Shown one piece after another: positions 39,048 through 48,838 of a DNA stretch of 58,523 nt. This stretch comes from an uncultured Blautia sp. (GTDB lineage: Bacteria > Bacillota > Clostridia > Lachnospirales > Lachnospiraceae): NCBI GenBank assembly GCA_946545425.1, contig CAMNNM010000001.1:1-58523 (forward strand). Direction: 5' to 3'. The notes under the pieces are model-generated. The model ran no database searches. It worked only from the letters and a program-made list of their open reading frames with translations, and had not been told where the DNA came from. A program made the translations under genes and the position numbers. How positions within the stretch are numbered: the first letter of the stretch is position 1; every line of letters starts with the position of its first letter.

Positions 39048-42000
39048 TCATTCCACCTCCTGATCTGCTGTTTTCATGATTTCCGTCCAGATCTCGTCAT
39101 CGGACATCTTCCGGATTTCCCTGTAACCGCATCCGGGGATCTTTCTGTCAAATCCGCAGGCTGCCTGATAGGGACAATATGTACAGGCGGTCTTATCCTT
39201 CATCCGGTAGGGCGTAAGGGAAGCATCCCCCTCCAGGATCTGCCGCTGAAAAGCCCTGATCTTTTCCCTTACAAATAATGATAACGCGTCGAACTGCGTT
39301 CTGTCGGCCGCAGATGTACCTCTTTTTGCGAGGGTTCCTTCCTTTGTGAGCGCTGCGGGGATCGAGGCAAGCGTCGAGTCCAGGCGTTCCAGAATATCCT
39401 TCTCTGCCGGCGCAAGGCCGCTCATCTTCAGCTCCTTCAGGATCTCCTGATCCAGGATATCGGAATGAAATGCCTCTGCATCCCCTGACATGATCCGCTG
39501 AAGGATCTGATCCTTCAGATCCCGCCCGGTCTTTGTGCCCGTGCTGCTGATCATCGGATCGCTGACAGGATAATAATAGATTCCCGCCGGAACCACCTCT
39601 TTTCCGGGGTGCTTTTTCCGCTCGGTCTGCATGGCCCCGTCCATGTATACCACCAGCTGCAGCTGAAGTCCGTGATACACAGACAGAAGATCAAAGGAAG
39701 TGTTTCCCGTCTTGTAGTCGATCACCTTTACAAAAACCCTGTCGTCTTCCTCGCATACATCGATGCGGTCGATTCTGCCTCCAAAATACTTTACTTCAAA
39801 GCCTTCCGGTTCGAAGCTGCCATTCTGAAGCTGTTTCTGGAGCGCCCAGACCGTACGCCGCAGGATCCTGCGGGCACGTTCCACCATGGCTTCGTTTCTG
39901 CTGCTGCTCTTCAGAATGGTATTTCCATAATCCGCAGCCGTGCGAAGCAGACATTCGTCGATCAGACTGTCGCGCTCTTTGTCCGGAATGCTCTTCCAGC
40001 TGCCGCCCTGTTTCCGGATCTCCTCGCTGAAGCTCTGCAGCGACTGATGCACAAGGTTTCCAAGATCCGCCGGGGTCAGTTCATATTCCGCACGTTCTTT
40101 CAGCTTCAGCGCATATCTCAGAAAATGGGCATAGGCGCAGGCAGCGTACAGTTCCAGTCTCGTGGCGTTCGTCTCGGCAGCGGTTCCATAAAGGATCCTC
40201 GCGGCTTCCCTGCTGATATGGTCCCCGGGCCTTGTCATCACCGACAGCTTTGCCAGACGCACAGCGGATTGACGGTATCCGGGATTTCTTAAATACCAGC
40301 CGTACAGCTCGCCGAACAGCGGATCGTCTCTGCGGTATGCCCTGTCGCCCAGCAGCCCGATCAACACCTTAAACCCCGCTTCCGGCGTCAGGATATCTCC
40401 CGTGTTTCCGCCGGCGCCCGGTTTTTCTGTGCTCTCAACACCTATACCTGGAAAAAGCTTCTGCACCGTCCGCACAAGGTAGGACGGCGCGGCCGCCTCT
40501 CCTTTACTGTTGGCCGTCACGTAGGAAAGTGTCAGATAATTCTGCGGCTTTGTGAGATTCAGATAAAGATAGAATCTCTGCATGTCGATCTGCTGTCTCG
40601 GATCCGGTGCCAGCTCAATCCCCGCATCTGCAAAGAATTCTCTGTCCATGTCCGTGAGAATGCCGCCGGAATCCGTCCGCTTCGGAATGTTTCCGTCGTT
40701 CACGCCCAGAAAGAACAGTGCCTTCACATCCTTCAGTCTGGTCCGTTCCATGTCTCCGACCATGACCTGGTCCTGGCCCGGCGGGATCAGCGCCACCTTG
40801 GCGGAGCCAAGTCCTGTTTCAAGAAGCTTTGTAAACTCCTCTCTTTCCATCCGCTCATTTCCCAGGATTTCCACCATCTGATCCAGAAGCCGCATCACGA
40901 TGCCGTAAATCTGGGCATATTCCCGTTCCATGGCGGGGTCCTTCAGGACGTGGAAGCGTTCCTCCTGAATCTTAAGCTTTTCCTGAACGCGGCATCTTAC
41001 AATAAACTCATAGAGTATCCTGCAGTATTCTTCCACGGTCCTGCTGCCCTTCGACATTTCCGTATACAGCTGCTCCGTCTCATTCAGAAAGCGCTCCCGG
41101 AGCTCGTTCAGAAGAACGGCCTCTTCCGGATCCATTCCATGGCATACCCGCACCCAGCGTTCCCGCCAGGCATCCATTCCGTGAATGCCAAGTCCCCGAA
41201 GATAATTTTCCAGCCTGTCTGCCTCCTCCCGTGTAATGGAAGATATGCCGCACCGCAGATACCGGACCACACTCTCAAAAGAAAACCTCTGATCCAGCAT
41301 GAAAAGAGACGCGCGGATAAACTCCACCAGCGGATTCATCAGAACCGTGTGTGTCTCGTCAATAAAGCACGGAATGTCTGCCTCCGAGAACTCCTGCCGG
41401 ATGATGGATGCATATTCCTCCAGGTTTCCGGTGATCACGGCGATCTCCCCGTACCGGATCCCTTCGTCTCTCACCAGCCTTTTGATCCGTCTGGCCGTCT
41501 CTTCGGTTTCCTCAACCGGCCCGGTCCCATAAAAGATCCGTATGTTATTCTGTTCTTCTTCATACGTCCGGTTCCGGTAACGAAACAGGTTTTCTTCGAG
41601 GAAGCGAAGTGCCTGCGCACTGTGAAACCTCGTTTTTTCACTGTGACGCAGATAAACGTCCTCTCCCCGGTCCTCTGCAACCGAGGATAACGTCAGGATC
41701 ATGACGCCGCTCATAAAAAACAGCCTGTCCTTTGCCGTTTTTCCGGGCAGAAACGACGCAGCATCCGCCGTAACCGTCACATATACGTCCGACGCCGTCT
41801 TAAGAAGCTCCCGGAGTACCTTGACCTGAACCGGCGTAAAGCCGGTGAATCCGTCCAGAAGCACTACGCTTCCCCTCAGGCGCTGATACCCGCAAAGCAA
41901 CTCTGCCAGGCGGTCCATGGACTCCTCCCCCGTCATATAGTGCCCGCTCAGATATTCACGAAAAGCGCTGTAAAGCCTTCTCATATCCCTGAGCTTTGCT

Positions 42001-42458
42001 GAGAGAAGGGTCTTCTCCCCTGCGCTTTTTTCCATCGTTTCCAGCATATCGGAGTCGACGTCGTACAGCATGAATTCCGAGATCAGCGACTTGATCTCAT
42101 CGAGGCTTCCCGGACTCTTCATCTGCCTGCCAAGATAGGGAAGCGCATCACCCAGCATGGAGGACAGGCGCCTGAGGATCAGGCATTTTCCCGTATCGTC
42201 CAGAAGGACGGCTCCGCCGCAGCCGGCTTCCTGAAGAACACGATAGGCAAGTCTCTGAAAGCTGACCACATCGATATTCAGGATTCCCTTTGAAGGAGAC
42301 ATGTTCACGACGGTTTTCTGTGTCTGCATCGTAAACTGCTCCGGAACAACAACATAATAAAGTACATCCGGGTGGCTTTCGGCCTCCCGGATGATCTTCT
42401 CATACCCGTAATAAGACTTTCCCGTACCGGATCCGCCAATGATAAACTGCAGTGCCAT
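39048..42458 (-). CDS. addB: ATP-dependent helicase/nuclease subunit B
   Basis: GGSGTGKS, VPEQFT, GRIDRID, VIDYKTG, Fe-S cysteines CTYC...C. Confidence 0.93.
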   Translation of the reverse strand: MALQFIIGGSGTGKSYYGYEKIIREAESHPDVLYYVVVPEQFTMQTQKTVVNMSPSKGILNIDVVSFQRLAYRVLQEAGCGGAVLLDDTGKCLILRRLSSMLGDALPYLGRQMKSPGSLDEIKSLISEFMLYDVDSDMLETMEKSAGEKTLLSAKLRDMRRLYSAFREYLSGHYMTGEESMDRLAELLCGYQRLRGSVVLLDGFTGFTPVQVKVLRELLKTASDVYVTVTADAASFLPGKTAKDRLFFMSGVMILTLSSVAEDRGEDVYLRHSEKTRFHSAQALRFLEENLFRYRNRTYEEEQNNIRIFYGTGPVEETEETARRIKRLVRDEGIRYGEIAVITGNLEEYASIIRQEFSEADIPCFIDETHTVLMNPLVEFIRASLFMLDQRFSFESVVRYLRCGISSITREEADRLENYLRGLGIHGMDAWRERWVRVCHGMDPEEAVLLNELRERFLNETEQLYTEMSKGSRTVEEYCRILYEFIVRCRVQEKLKIQEERFHVLKDPAMEREYAQIYGIVMRLLDQMVEILGNERMEREEFTKLLETGLGSAKVALIPPGQDQVMVGDMERTRLKDVKALFFLGVNDGNIPKRTDSGGILTDMDREFFADAGIELAPDPRQQIDMQRFYLYLNLTKPQNYLTLSYVTANSKGEAAAPSYLVRTVQKLFPGIGVESTEKPGAGGNTGDILTPEAGFKVLIGLLGDRAYRRDDPLFGELYGWYLRNPGYRQSAVRLAKLSVMTRPGDHISREAARILYGTAAETNATRLELYAACAYAHFLRYALKLKERAEYELTPADLGNLVHQSLQSFSEEIRKQGGSWKSIPDKERDSLIDECLLRTAADYGNTILKSSSRNEAMVERARRILRRTVWALQKQLQNGSFEPEGFEVKYFGGRIDRIDVCEEDDRVFVKVIDYKTGNTSFDLLSVYHGLQLQLVVYMDGAMQTERKKHPGKEVVPAGIYYYPVSDPMISSTGTKTGRDLKDQILQRIMSGDAEAFHSDILDQEILKELKMSGLAPAEKDILERLDSTLASIPAALTKEGTLAKRGTSAADRTQFDALSLFVREKIRAFQRQILEGDASLTPYRMKDKTACTYCPYQAACGFDRKIPGCGYREIRKMSDDEIWTEIMKTADQEVE

Positions 42459-42494
42459 GGATCCTCCCTTTCTCCGGCCAGGACGCCGGATCTG

Positions 42495-43373
42495 TTATTT
42501 TGAAGCGCGAAGGATTTCCTTCAGTTCTTCCACCGAAAAGTTGAAATGGTTTCCGCAGAAATGACAGTTCATCTCGATGGGCCTGCCCTCCTGGATCATC
42601 TCGTTCAGGTCCTTGCGCCCGATGCTGACGAGCGCCTTTGCCATGCGCTCCTTGCTGCAGTTGCAGTGGAAACGGGTATCAAGCCGGTCCGTGATCTCCA
42701 GATCGAATCCTTCCAGAATCCTGGAAAGAAGTCCTTCCGGTGTCGGATCCTCCTGAAGAAGGGATGTAACCGATGAGATCGCCGAAAGATTCTTCTCAAG
42801 CTTCGCGATCGTCTCTTCCTCTGCAAAGGGCATCATCTGAATGATGAATCCGCCGGACTGCGCCACAGTGTTGTCCTTGTTCATCAGAACGCCGAGTCCG
42901 ACAGCCGAAGGCGTCTGTTCGCTGGCGGCAAAGTAATACGTGAGATCGTCTCCGATCTCCCCGGTCTGAAGATCCACCGTCCCCACATAGGGTTCTTTCA
43001 TTCCAAGATCGCGGATGACCTGAAGGGTTCCCGGCCCCAGAGCACCGGCGACATCCAGCTTTCCGTCCTTGTTGGGAGGAAGGATCACCTCCGGATTCTC
43101 CACGTATCCTTTTACATTCCCCTTTGCGTCCGCCGTCACGATCAGCCGTGCGATCGGGCCCATGCACTTGATCTGAAGGGTCAGGACTGCATTCTCTTCC
43201 TTCATCATCGACCCCATCATGGCTCCGGCTGTCATAAGCCGTCCGAGCGCGGCCGTCGCGGCCGGGCTGGTCTGATGTCTTTGCCTTGCCTCCTCCGTCA
43301 TGTCTCTTGTTACCGCTGCAAACGCGCGGATCTGCTGATTTCCTGCCATGGCTCTGACAATCTGGTCACTCAT
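42495..43373 (-). CDS. hslO: Hsp33 redox-regulated chaperone
   Basis: SEQTPSAVGLGV, GGFIIQMMP, CNC and CHFC zinc ligands. Confidence 0.95.
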   Translation of the reverse strand: MSDQIVRAMAGNQQIRAFAAVTRDMTEEARQRHQTSPAATAALGRLMTAGAMMGSMMKEENAVLTLQIKCMGPIARLIVTADAKGNVKGYVENPEVILPPNKDGKLDVAGALGPGTLQVIRDLGMKEPYVGTVDLQTGEIGDDLTYYFAASEQTPSAVGLGVLMNKDNTVAQSGGFIIQMMPFAEEETIAKLEKNLSAISSVTSLLQEDPTPEGLLSRILEGFDLEITDRLDTRFHCNCSKERMAKALVSIGRKDLNEMIQEGRPIEMNCHFCGNHFNFSVEELKEILRASK

Positions 43374-44148
43374 CTTTTATATCCTCTCTCTGGTTTTCTT
43401 TTATGATCTCTCTGGCAATAAAGGTAAGTCTGCCGGTATTCTTATCAGGCTCCCTGCGGGTATATGCCTCATAAACTCCTTCCGGTCTGAGGCCGGCCTT
43501 TTCAAGAAGTGCAAGGACCTCCCGTGCCGTCCACCCCTTCTGTACATGCAGCTCCTCGTCCTTCTCGTACAGACCGTCTTCCCTCTTCAGAAACAGGGTC
43601 AGTGCACAGGTATTGAGATCCGTTTCGGCGTCATACTCGTTTTCCCAGATGAAGCTTCCCTCATCCCGGTTTTCCGCGATCACCTGCTCGCCGATCGTCC
43701 GATATTTTGCCGGCGTGTTCACGTCGAACACAAAAATCCCGCCCGGGTCAAGATAGTTGTTCACCAGACGGAATACGGAAAGGAGTTCTTCATCGTCCAG
43801 CATGTAATTCAGACTGTCGCATACGCTCACCACCGCCCGTACCGTCCCGTAGAGCTCAAACTCCTGCATGTCCTGCATAAGGTACAGGATGTCGTGTCCC
43901 GACGCATCCCTTTTTTCTGCCGCTTTCATCAGCATTTCATCGGAAGCGTCGACGCCGATCATGTCGTACCCGTCTGCTGCGAGGAGCTCCGTCATTGTCC
44001 CGGTTCCGCAGCCCAGATCCAGCACAAGTCCGTCGGAAATCCCGTACTCCTTCAATACCCCGGTGATAAAATCCTTCCACCCCGGATAATCGATATTATC
44101 CTGAAGAATGTCATAGATCCTGGCAAATTCTTCATATGCATCGTGCAT
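43366..44148 (-). CDS. class I SAM-dependent methyltransferase
   Basis: VLDLGCGTG, GVDASDEML, DSLNY, LDPGGIFVFD. Confidence 0.9.
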   Translation of the reverse strand: MHDAYEEFARIYDILQDNIDYPGWKDFITGVLKEYGISDGLVLDLGCGTGTMTELLAADGYDMIGVDASDEMLMKAAEKRDASGHDILYLMQDMQEFELYGTVRAVVSVCDSLNYMLDDEELLSVFRLVNNYLDPGGIFVFDVNTPAKYRTIGEQVIAENRDEGSFIWENEYDAETDLNTCALTLFLKREDGLYEKDEELHVQKGWTAREVLALLEKAGLRPEGVYEAYTRREPDKNTGRLTFIAREIIKENQREDIKDE

Positions 44149-44295
44149 GAAATCATCCTTTCCATGTCAATCTTTACAGCTGCCTGGGGCTGTCTCCTTC
44201 AGAGTATATCAACAACCCGGCGCAATGTCAAAATGGATTCCGTCCCCGCTGACTTTCAGTCTTCCATGCCCTCTTCCCAATTTCCCGATTTGTCC

Positions 44296-44324
44296 TTGAC
44301 AAGCATGGAAACAAGACTTATAAT
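44296..44324 (+). promoter_or_regulatory. consensus sigmaA promoter of the cold-shock gene
   Basis: TTGACA-17 bp-TATAAT. Confidence 0.85.
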
Positions 44325-44365
44325 CTTAACATGTAAGGACTACCCTCCTGAGGGTATTATGCTGT

Positions 44366-44429
44366 AAATCACTGGCTTTTAGAGATTATATTTACTGTAT
44401 ATAGTCTGTAAAAGCTGGTGATTTTTTTT
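44366..44429 (+). terminator. terminator-like hairpin inside the csp 5' leader
   Basis: aaatcactggcttttagagattatat / atatagtctgtaaaagctggtgattt, with T8 at 44422-44429. Confidence 0.55.
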
Positions 44430-44471
44430 ACCAGATGTTATTTTATTCACAAATCAATGGAGGTAACACAA

Positions 44472-44672
44472 ATGAACAAAGGGACTGTGAAATGGTTTAA
44501 CGCGGAAAAGGGCTACGGCTTTATTACCGGCGAAGACGGAAACGATGTCTTCGTACATTTTTCTGCCATCAACTGTGAAGGCTTCAAATCTCTCGAAGAG
44601 GGACAGGCTGTCACATATGATCTGGTTGAAGGAAACCGCGGAATGCAGGCTGCTAACGTAACAAAGCTTTGA
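44472..44672 (+). CDS. cold-shock protein (CspA family)
   Basis: [24 protein letters not shown]; GGAGG SD. Confidence 0.97.
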   Translation: MNKGTVKWFNAEKGYGFITGEDGNDVFVHFSAINCEGFKSLEEGQAVTYDLVEGNRGMQAANVTKL

Positions 44673-44690
44673 TTTCGGACTGATCTTATC

Positions 44691-44779
44691 AAAAAGGACT
44701 TCCCTCTTTAAAGAAGGAGGTCCTTTTTATTTCCGGCCTTATCGCGCAGAAGGCGGATGGAAAGTACATTCCATCCGCC
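44691..44779. terminator. terminator hairpins between convergent genes
   Basis: aaaaaggact...ggtccttttt (44691-44728) and ggcggatggaa/ttccatccgcc (44752-44779). Confidence 0.7.
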
Positions 44780-44787
44780 CCGTGATC

Positions 44788-45210
44788 TTATTTGTTCTGA
44801 TCTGCTTCTGAATCCTGTGTCTCTGATGCCCCTGCATCGGCTTCGCCTTCTGAAGCCTGCTCAGTTTCAGCCGTTGTCTCAGCCGCCTGCTCTTCTGCAG
44901 TCTCTTCCGTCTCTGCAGCTGCTTCTTCTGCGGCAGCTTCTTCTTCGGCTTCTTCATGCTCATGCATTTCCGTGCTCATCAGGTAGTCGTCTATCGCGGC
45001 TGTATCCAGTGTAGTCGTCTCAACCGTAACATTTTCATTGTTCACCCGGGTTACCCTTCCATAAATGGAGTACCCGATCCAGCAGACGATGGCTGCCAGG
45101 ATTACAAGGGCAACAGTCTTCTCGATCAGCAGAAGACGCTTTTCCTTTTTGATGATCTGTTTACGGTTTGCTTTCTGTTCTTTATAGATATCTACTTTTT
45201 TCTGGCTCAT
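44788..45210 (-). CDS. hypothetical single-pass membrane protein with acidic tail
   Basis: Basic N-terminus, one TM helix, E/A-rich C-terminus; SD and upstream TATAAT. Confidence 0.8.
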   Translation of the reverse strand: MSQKKVDIYKEQKANRKQIIKKEKRLLLIEKTVALVILAAIVCWIGYSIYGRVTRVNNENVTVETTTLDTAAIDDYLMSTEMHEHEEAEEEAAAEEAAAETEETAEEQAAETTAETEQASEGEADAGASETQDSEADQNK

Positions 45211-45363
45211 TTCCGTGAATCTCCTTTGATCATGTTTCCCCGCATTGCGGCACTTGGAGTATTATAGCACAGCAGACCGAAAAAGTGAAGAGAAAAATCG
45301 TCCTTATGGATTTTTCGCCGGATATGTGCTAGGATTGCACCAGAAGAAATAAGGAGATCCCGT

Positions 45364-45861
45364 ATGCGCGCATTTGAAATATCAGACCGAAAAGATTTTA
45401 CCGCCATGCTGTTCCTCGGAACCGTATTTGATGACTTCCAGCTTACCAGCGCCCGTTTCGACACCTTCGCAGGCTTCACCATCGAGGGACACCGTAATTC
45501 CGGATATTACGATTCCGATGAAGACGCAGAAGGTTTCACGAAAACCGAATATATTCTGTGGAAGGAGGCAAGACCGCATGCCTTCCAGCTGATCCGCGGA
45601 AAGAAACCGCCCCTGCGTTTTCAGATCGTATTCCGGTATCCGCAGGACCTGCCTGTCATTCCTGCCGCCATGGATCTCGCCGCAAAGGCACCCGGAACCG
45701 CGCTCTATCTGAATATCGGCTACAAAAACCAGCAGCTGACCTGCACCACCGGCGCTGCTTCCCCGGGATTTATTCCGGGATTCCGCCCGGACCCCGTATG
45801 GGATCAGGCCATCGAACACTTCCTGAAATCCCATGGCCTGGCCTTCCAGGTTCTGTCATGA
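45364..45861 (+). CDS. conserved hypothetical protein (DUF5721-like)
   Basis: AAGGAG SD; FTIEGH, RPHAFQLIRGKKPP motifs recalled from this family. Confidence 0.7.
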   Translation: MRAFEISDRKDFTAMLFLGTVFDDFQLTSARFDTFAGFTIEGHRNSGYYDSDEDAEGFTKTEYILWKEARPHAFQLIRGKKPPLRFQIVFRYPQDLPVIPAAMDLAAKAPGTALYLNIGYKNQQLTCTTGAASPGFIPGFRPDPVWDQAIEHFLKSHGLAFQVLS

Positions 45862-46227
45862 ACCCTTTGTTTTTGCTTCCTCTTCTGATTTACGAAGCTT
45901 TCTGCTCCGCTCTATGTAGTCCGCGACGATCGACAGAAATTCCATATTGGTCATCTTGTCGTCCTTTTCGATCGTATACCCGGCCATCTCTTCGAGCAGG
46001 CTTCTGTTATCATTCAGCGCCTTCTGCACCACCGTCGTAATACCGTGCGCGACATTCGAGTCTGTCGTTCCGTATTTTGCAGCAATCGGAGGATACATGT
46101 CCTTTGTGATCCTCAGCCGTCTGTCAGGATTGTCTAGAAGGATCCTGATTCCCATGATCGAATAGTAATAACCGCCGTACTTTTTTGTGATATGTAGTTT
46201 TGCTATGATCTGCTGAACATCATCCAT
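45856..46227 (-). CDS. stand-alone Spo0A C-terminal DNA-binding domain protein
   Basis: GYYY, ITKDMYPPIAAKYGTT, TNMEFLSIVADYI; no receiver domain. Confidence 0.82.
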   Translation of the reverse strand: MDDVQQIIAKLHITKKYGGYYYSIMGIRILLDNPDRRLRITKDMYPPIAAKYGTTDSNVAHGITTVVQKALNDNRSLLEEMAGYTIEKDDKMTNMEFLSIVADYIERSRKLRKSEEEAKTKGS

Positions 46228-46339
46228 GATTTCTTCCTCCTTTTTCAGGATAATACTACAAAATGATTAAAATATGCAGAAAAGGAATAAAAAAGTATTC
46301 AATATATAATTTTGGAAGAAAATGGAATCGAAAAATACA

Positions 46340-46414
46340 AAACCGCCGCCGGCATCCGGACCCGGACAGCATAAGCTGCAGCTGTTGTTGGTTTCCTGTT
46401 GCCGACGGCGGTTT
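46340..46414 (-). terminator. long hairpin downstream of htpG
   Basis: aaaccgccgccggca / tgccgacggcggttt. Confidence 0.5.
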
Positions 46415-46447
46415 CTGTTTTTGTGATTGTCAGTTATAAAAAAGCGG

Positions 46448-48529
46448 TTATCTGGTAAGCTTCATCAGAATCTCATTGCTGCGGGCGACGAACCTGGTCA
46501 TCTCGTCCGGCGTCAGCTGCCGGTAGCCGAGCATGGCAAGATCGTACAGCTGCTCGCACACGATTCCGGTATTCTCCTCTTCCTTATGGTCTGAAACATA
46601 TTTCACAAGAGGATGACTGGTATTCAGTACAAGAACCTCCTGACCGCCAAAAGCGGACGGATCCATTCCGTACATGTTATACATCTTCATCATATCCTGC
46701 ATTCTGCGGCTTTCTTCCGGCAGAGTGATCATGGCAGCGATGTTCTGGTTCTTCAGATTCTCTGTCTTTACCTCGAGTTTTTCATTCTTCAGCTCCTTGC
46801 GGAACAGTTCCGTAAGAGCCTTGGACATTTCCTCGTCTGTGCTTTCTCCGGAACGAAGCTCCTGGCTCAGATCGGCGTCGATCCTTCTGAACTGTACGCT
46901 TTCGTTCTTTCTTTCAAGATGAGAGATGAACGGGGTATCGATGTTGTCCTTCAGCAGCACGGCGTCCTTGCCGGCTTCTTTAAACATATTGATATACTGG
47001 CTCTGAAGCACTTCGTCCGTCACGTAGTAAATGGTGGTCTTTTCCTTTTCGGAGCTGTCCTTTTCTTCCTTCTTTTCGTCTGCGGAGGCAGTCTTTTCTT
47101 CTGCTTCTGCCTGCTTTCCCGCATCCTCTGCGTTTTCTTCCGTCTTCTTTTCTGCTTCGACGCAGTCCTTCAGGGTAAGATACTTTCCGGCAAGATTCTT
47201 AAACAGTACATAGTCGCTGACCTTGTCCGCGAATTTGTCGTTTTTGATCACGCCGAATTTGATAAAGGGGCTGATGTCGTCCCAGTATTTCTCGTAGGAC
47301 TCCCGGTCGGTCTTGCACATTCCGGTGAGCTTGTCGGCAACCTTTTTGGTGATATAGTCGGAAATCTTCTGAACAAATCCGTCGTTCTGAAGTGCGGACC
47401 TGGATACGTTAAGCGGAAGATCCGGGCAGTCGATCACGCCCTTCAGCAGAAGAAGGAATTCAGGAATTACTTCCTTGATGTTATCGGCGATGAACACCTG
47501 ATTGTTGTACAGTTTGATCTTTCCCTCGATGGATTCGTATTCCATGTTGATCTTCGGGAAATACAGGATACCCTTCAGGTTGAAAGGATAGTCCATGTTC
47601 AGGTGGATCCAGAACAGCGGCTCCTTGAAGTCCATAAAGACCTTGCGGTAGAACTCTTTGTATTCTTCTTCCGTACAGTCGTTCGGGTGCTTCATCCAGA
47701 GCGGATGGGTATCGCTGATGGAGACCGGACGCCTGTTGATCTTGACACGGTCTCTGGCCGGAGAAACTTCGACGGTCTCCTTCTCTCCCTTGTCGTTTTC
47801 ACGCTCCTCGGTTTTCGCGTCCTCATGAATACGCTCCACGATCACGTCGTCGTCACGAAGCTCCGACTCGTCGATGGTGTCGTACTCCTGGGGCGCATTC
47901 TCGGTGGAGAGGAAGATCTCGACCGGCATGAAGGAACAGTACTTGTCCAGGACCTCGCGCATACGATACTCGTTTGCAAACTCCACGCTTTCGTCGTTCA
48001 GGAACAGCGTGATCTCGGTTCCGGGTTCGGTCTTGCTTCCCTGCTCCATATCGTACTCGGTACCGCCGTCGCATGTCCAGTGTACGGGCACGGAGCCTTC
48101 CTTATAGGAAAGAGTATCGATATGGACCTCATCCGCCACCATGAACGCCGAATAAAAGCCCAGACCGAAATGACCGATCATCTGATCGTCGGTCGTCTTG
48201 TCCTTATACTTCTCCAGGAATTCCGTTGCGCCTGAAAACGCGATCTGGGTAATGTATTCCTCAACCTCGTCCGCCGTCATTCCGATACCGTTATCGATGA
48301 ATTTAAGGGTTTTGGCTTCCGGATTGACCAGCACGCTGATCTTCGGCTTATAGTTCTCCGGGAAGGTGTATTCTCCCATTACCTCGAGCTTTTTCAGCTT
48401 TGTAATGGCGTCACAGCCGTTTGACACCATTTCACGGGCAAAAATGTCGTGGTCCGAATACAGCCACTTTTTGATAATCGGAAATATGTTCTCACTGTTG
48501 ATGGATAAACTGCCTTTTTTTGCTTCCAT
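46448..48529 (-). CDS. htpG: molecular chaperone HtpG (Hsp90)
   Basis: REMVSNGCDA, DNGIGMT, IGHFGLGFYSAF, DLPLNVSRS. Confidence 0.96.
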   Translation of the reverse strand: MEAKKGSLSINSENIFPIIKKWLYSDHDIFAREMVSNGCDAITKLKKLEVMGEYTFPENYKPKISVLVNPEAKTLKFIDNGIGMTADEVEEYITQIAFSGATEFLEKYKDKTTDDQMIGHFGLGFYSAFMVADEVHIDTLSYKEGSVPVHWTCDGGTEYDMEQGSKTEPGTEITLFLNDESVEFANEYRMREVLDKYCSFMPVEIFLSTENAPQEYDTIDESELRDDDVIVERIHEDAKTEERENDKGEKETVEVSPARDRVKINRRPVSISDTHPLWMKHPNDCTEEEYKEFYRKVFMDFKEPLFWIHLNMDYPFNLKGILYFPKINMEYESIEGKIKLYNNQVFIADNIKEVIPEFLLLLKGVIDCPDLPLNVSRSALQNDGFVQKISDYITKKVADKLTGMCKTDRESYEKYWDDISPFIKFGVIKNDKFADKVSDYVLFKNLAGKYLTLKDCVEAEKKTEENAEDAGKQAEAEEKTASADEKKEEKDSSEKEKTTIYYVTDEVLQSQYINMFKEAGKDAVLLKDNIDTPFISHLERKNESVQFRRIDADLSQELRSGESTDEEMSKALTELFRKELKNEKLEVKTENLKNQNIAAMITLPEESRRMQDMMKMYNMYGMDPSAFGGQEVLVLNTSHPLVKYVSDHKEEENTGIVCEQLYDLAMLGYRQLTPDEMTRFVARSNEILMKLTR

Positions 48530-48603
48530 TTATGTCACTCCTCTGCCTGCGGACTTATTCTGTCGAATCATTGTCAGATTCTTTTATCCTGCAGTTTTCC
48601 TTA

Positions 48604-48632
48604 ATGATAATCCCGCCGCAGAGAAAAGTCAA
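48604..48632 (-). promoter_or_regulatory. htpG promoter
   Basis: TTGACT-17 bp-TATCAT. Confidence 0.65.
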
Positions 48633-48639
48633 GAAAAAT

Positions 48640-48666
48640 CTGGCACTCAGTTCTATCGAGTGCTGA
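48640..48666. promoter_or_regulatory. CIRCE element (HrcA operator)
   Basis: cTGGCACTC-N9-GAGTGCTGA versus consensus TTAGCACTC-N9-GAGTGCTAA. Confidence 0.85.
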
Positions 48667-48736
48667 TAAAGCACTGTGTCAGGGTTCTCCTGCCGCGTGT
48701 GCAGCAGGATGCTCAGCGTTTCTCCCCTTTGCCGCT

Positions 48737-48779
48737 AAAAAGGCCGCTGTTCCGGAATTCCGGTTCACAGCGGCCTTTT
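48737..48779 (-). terminator. terminator of the surface-protein gene
   Basis: aaaaggccgctgt...acagcggcctttt. Confidence 0.75.
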
Positions 48780-48838
48780 GTCTGTTCAGATCATGCGGAA
48801 AACATCTGCTGCTTCCTGTATGACTGTTTCTTCTGTTT

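Noticed and set aside
46613-48235. 540-aa + strand ORF
   Set aside because: Antisense shadow of htpG, expected from codon bias; no motifs.
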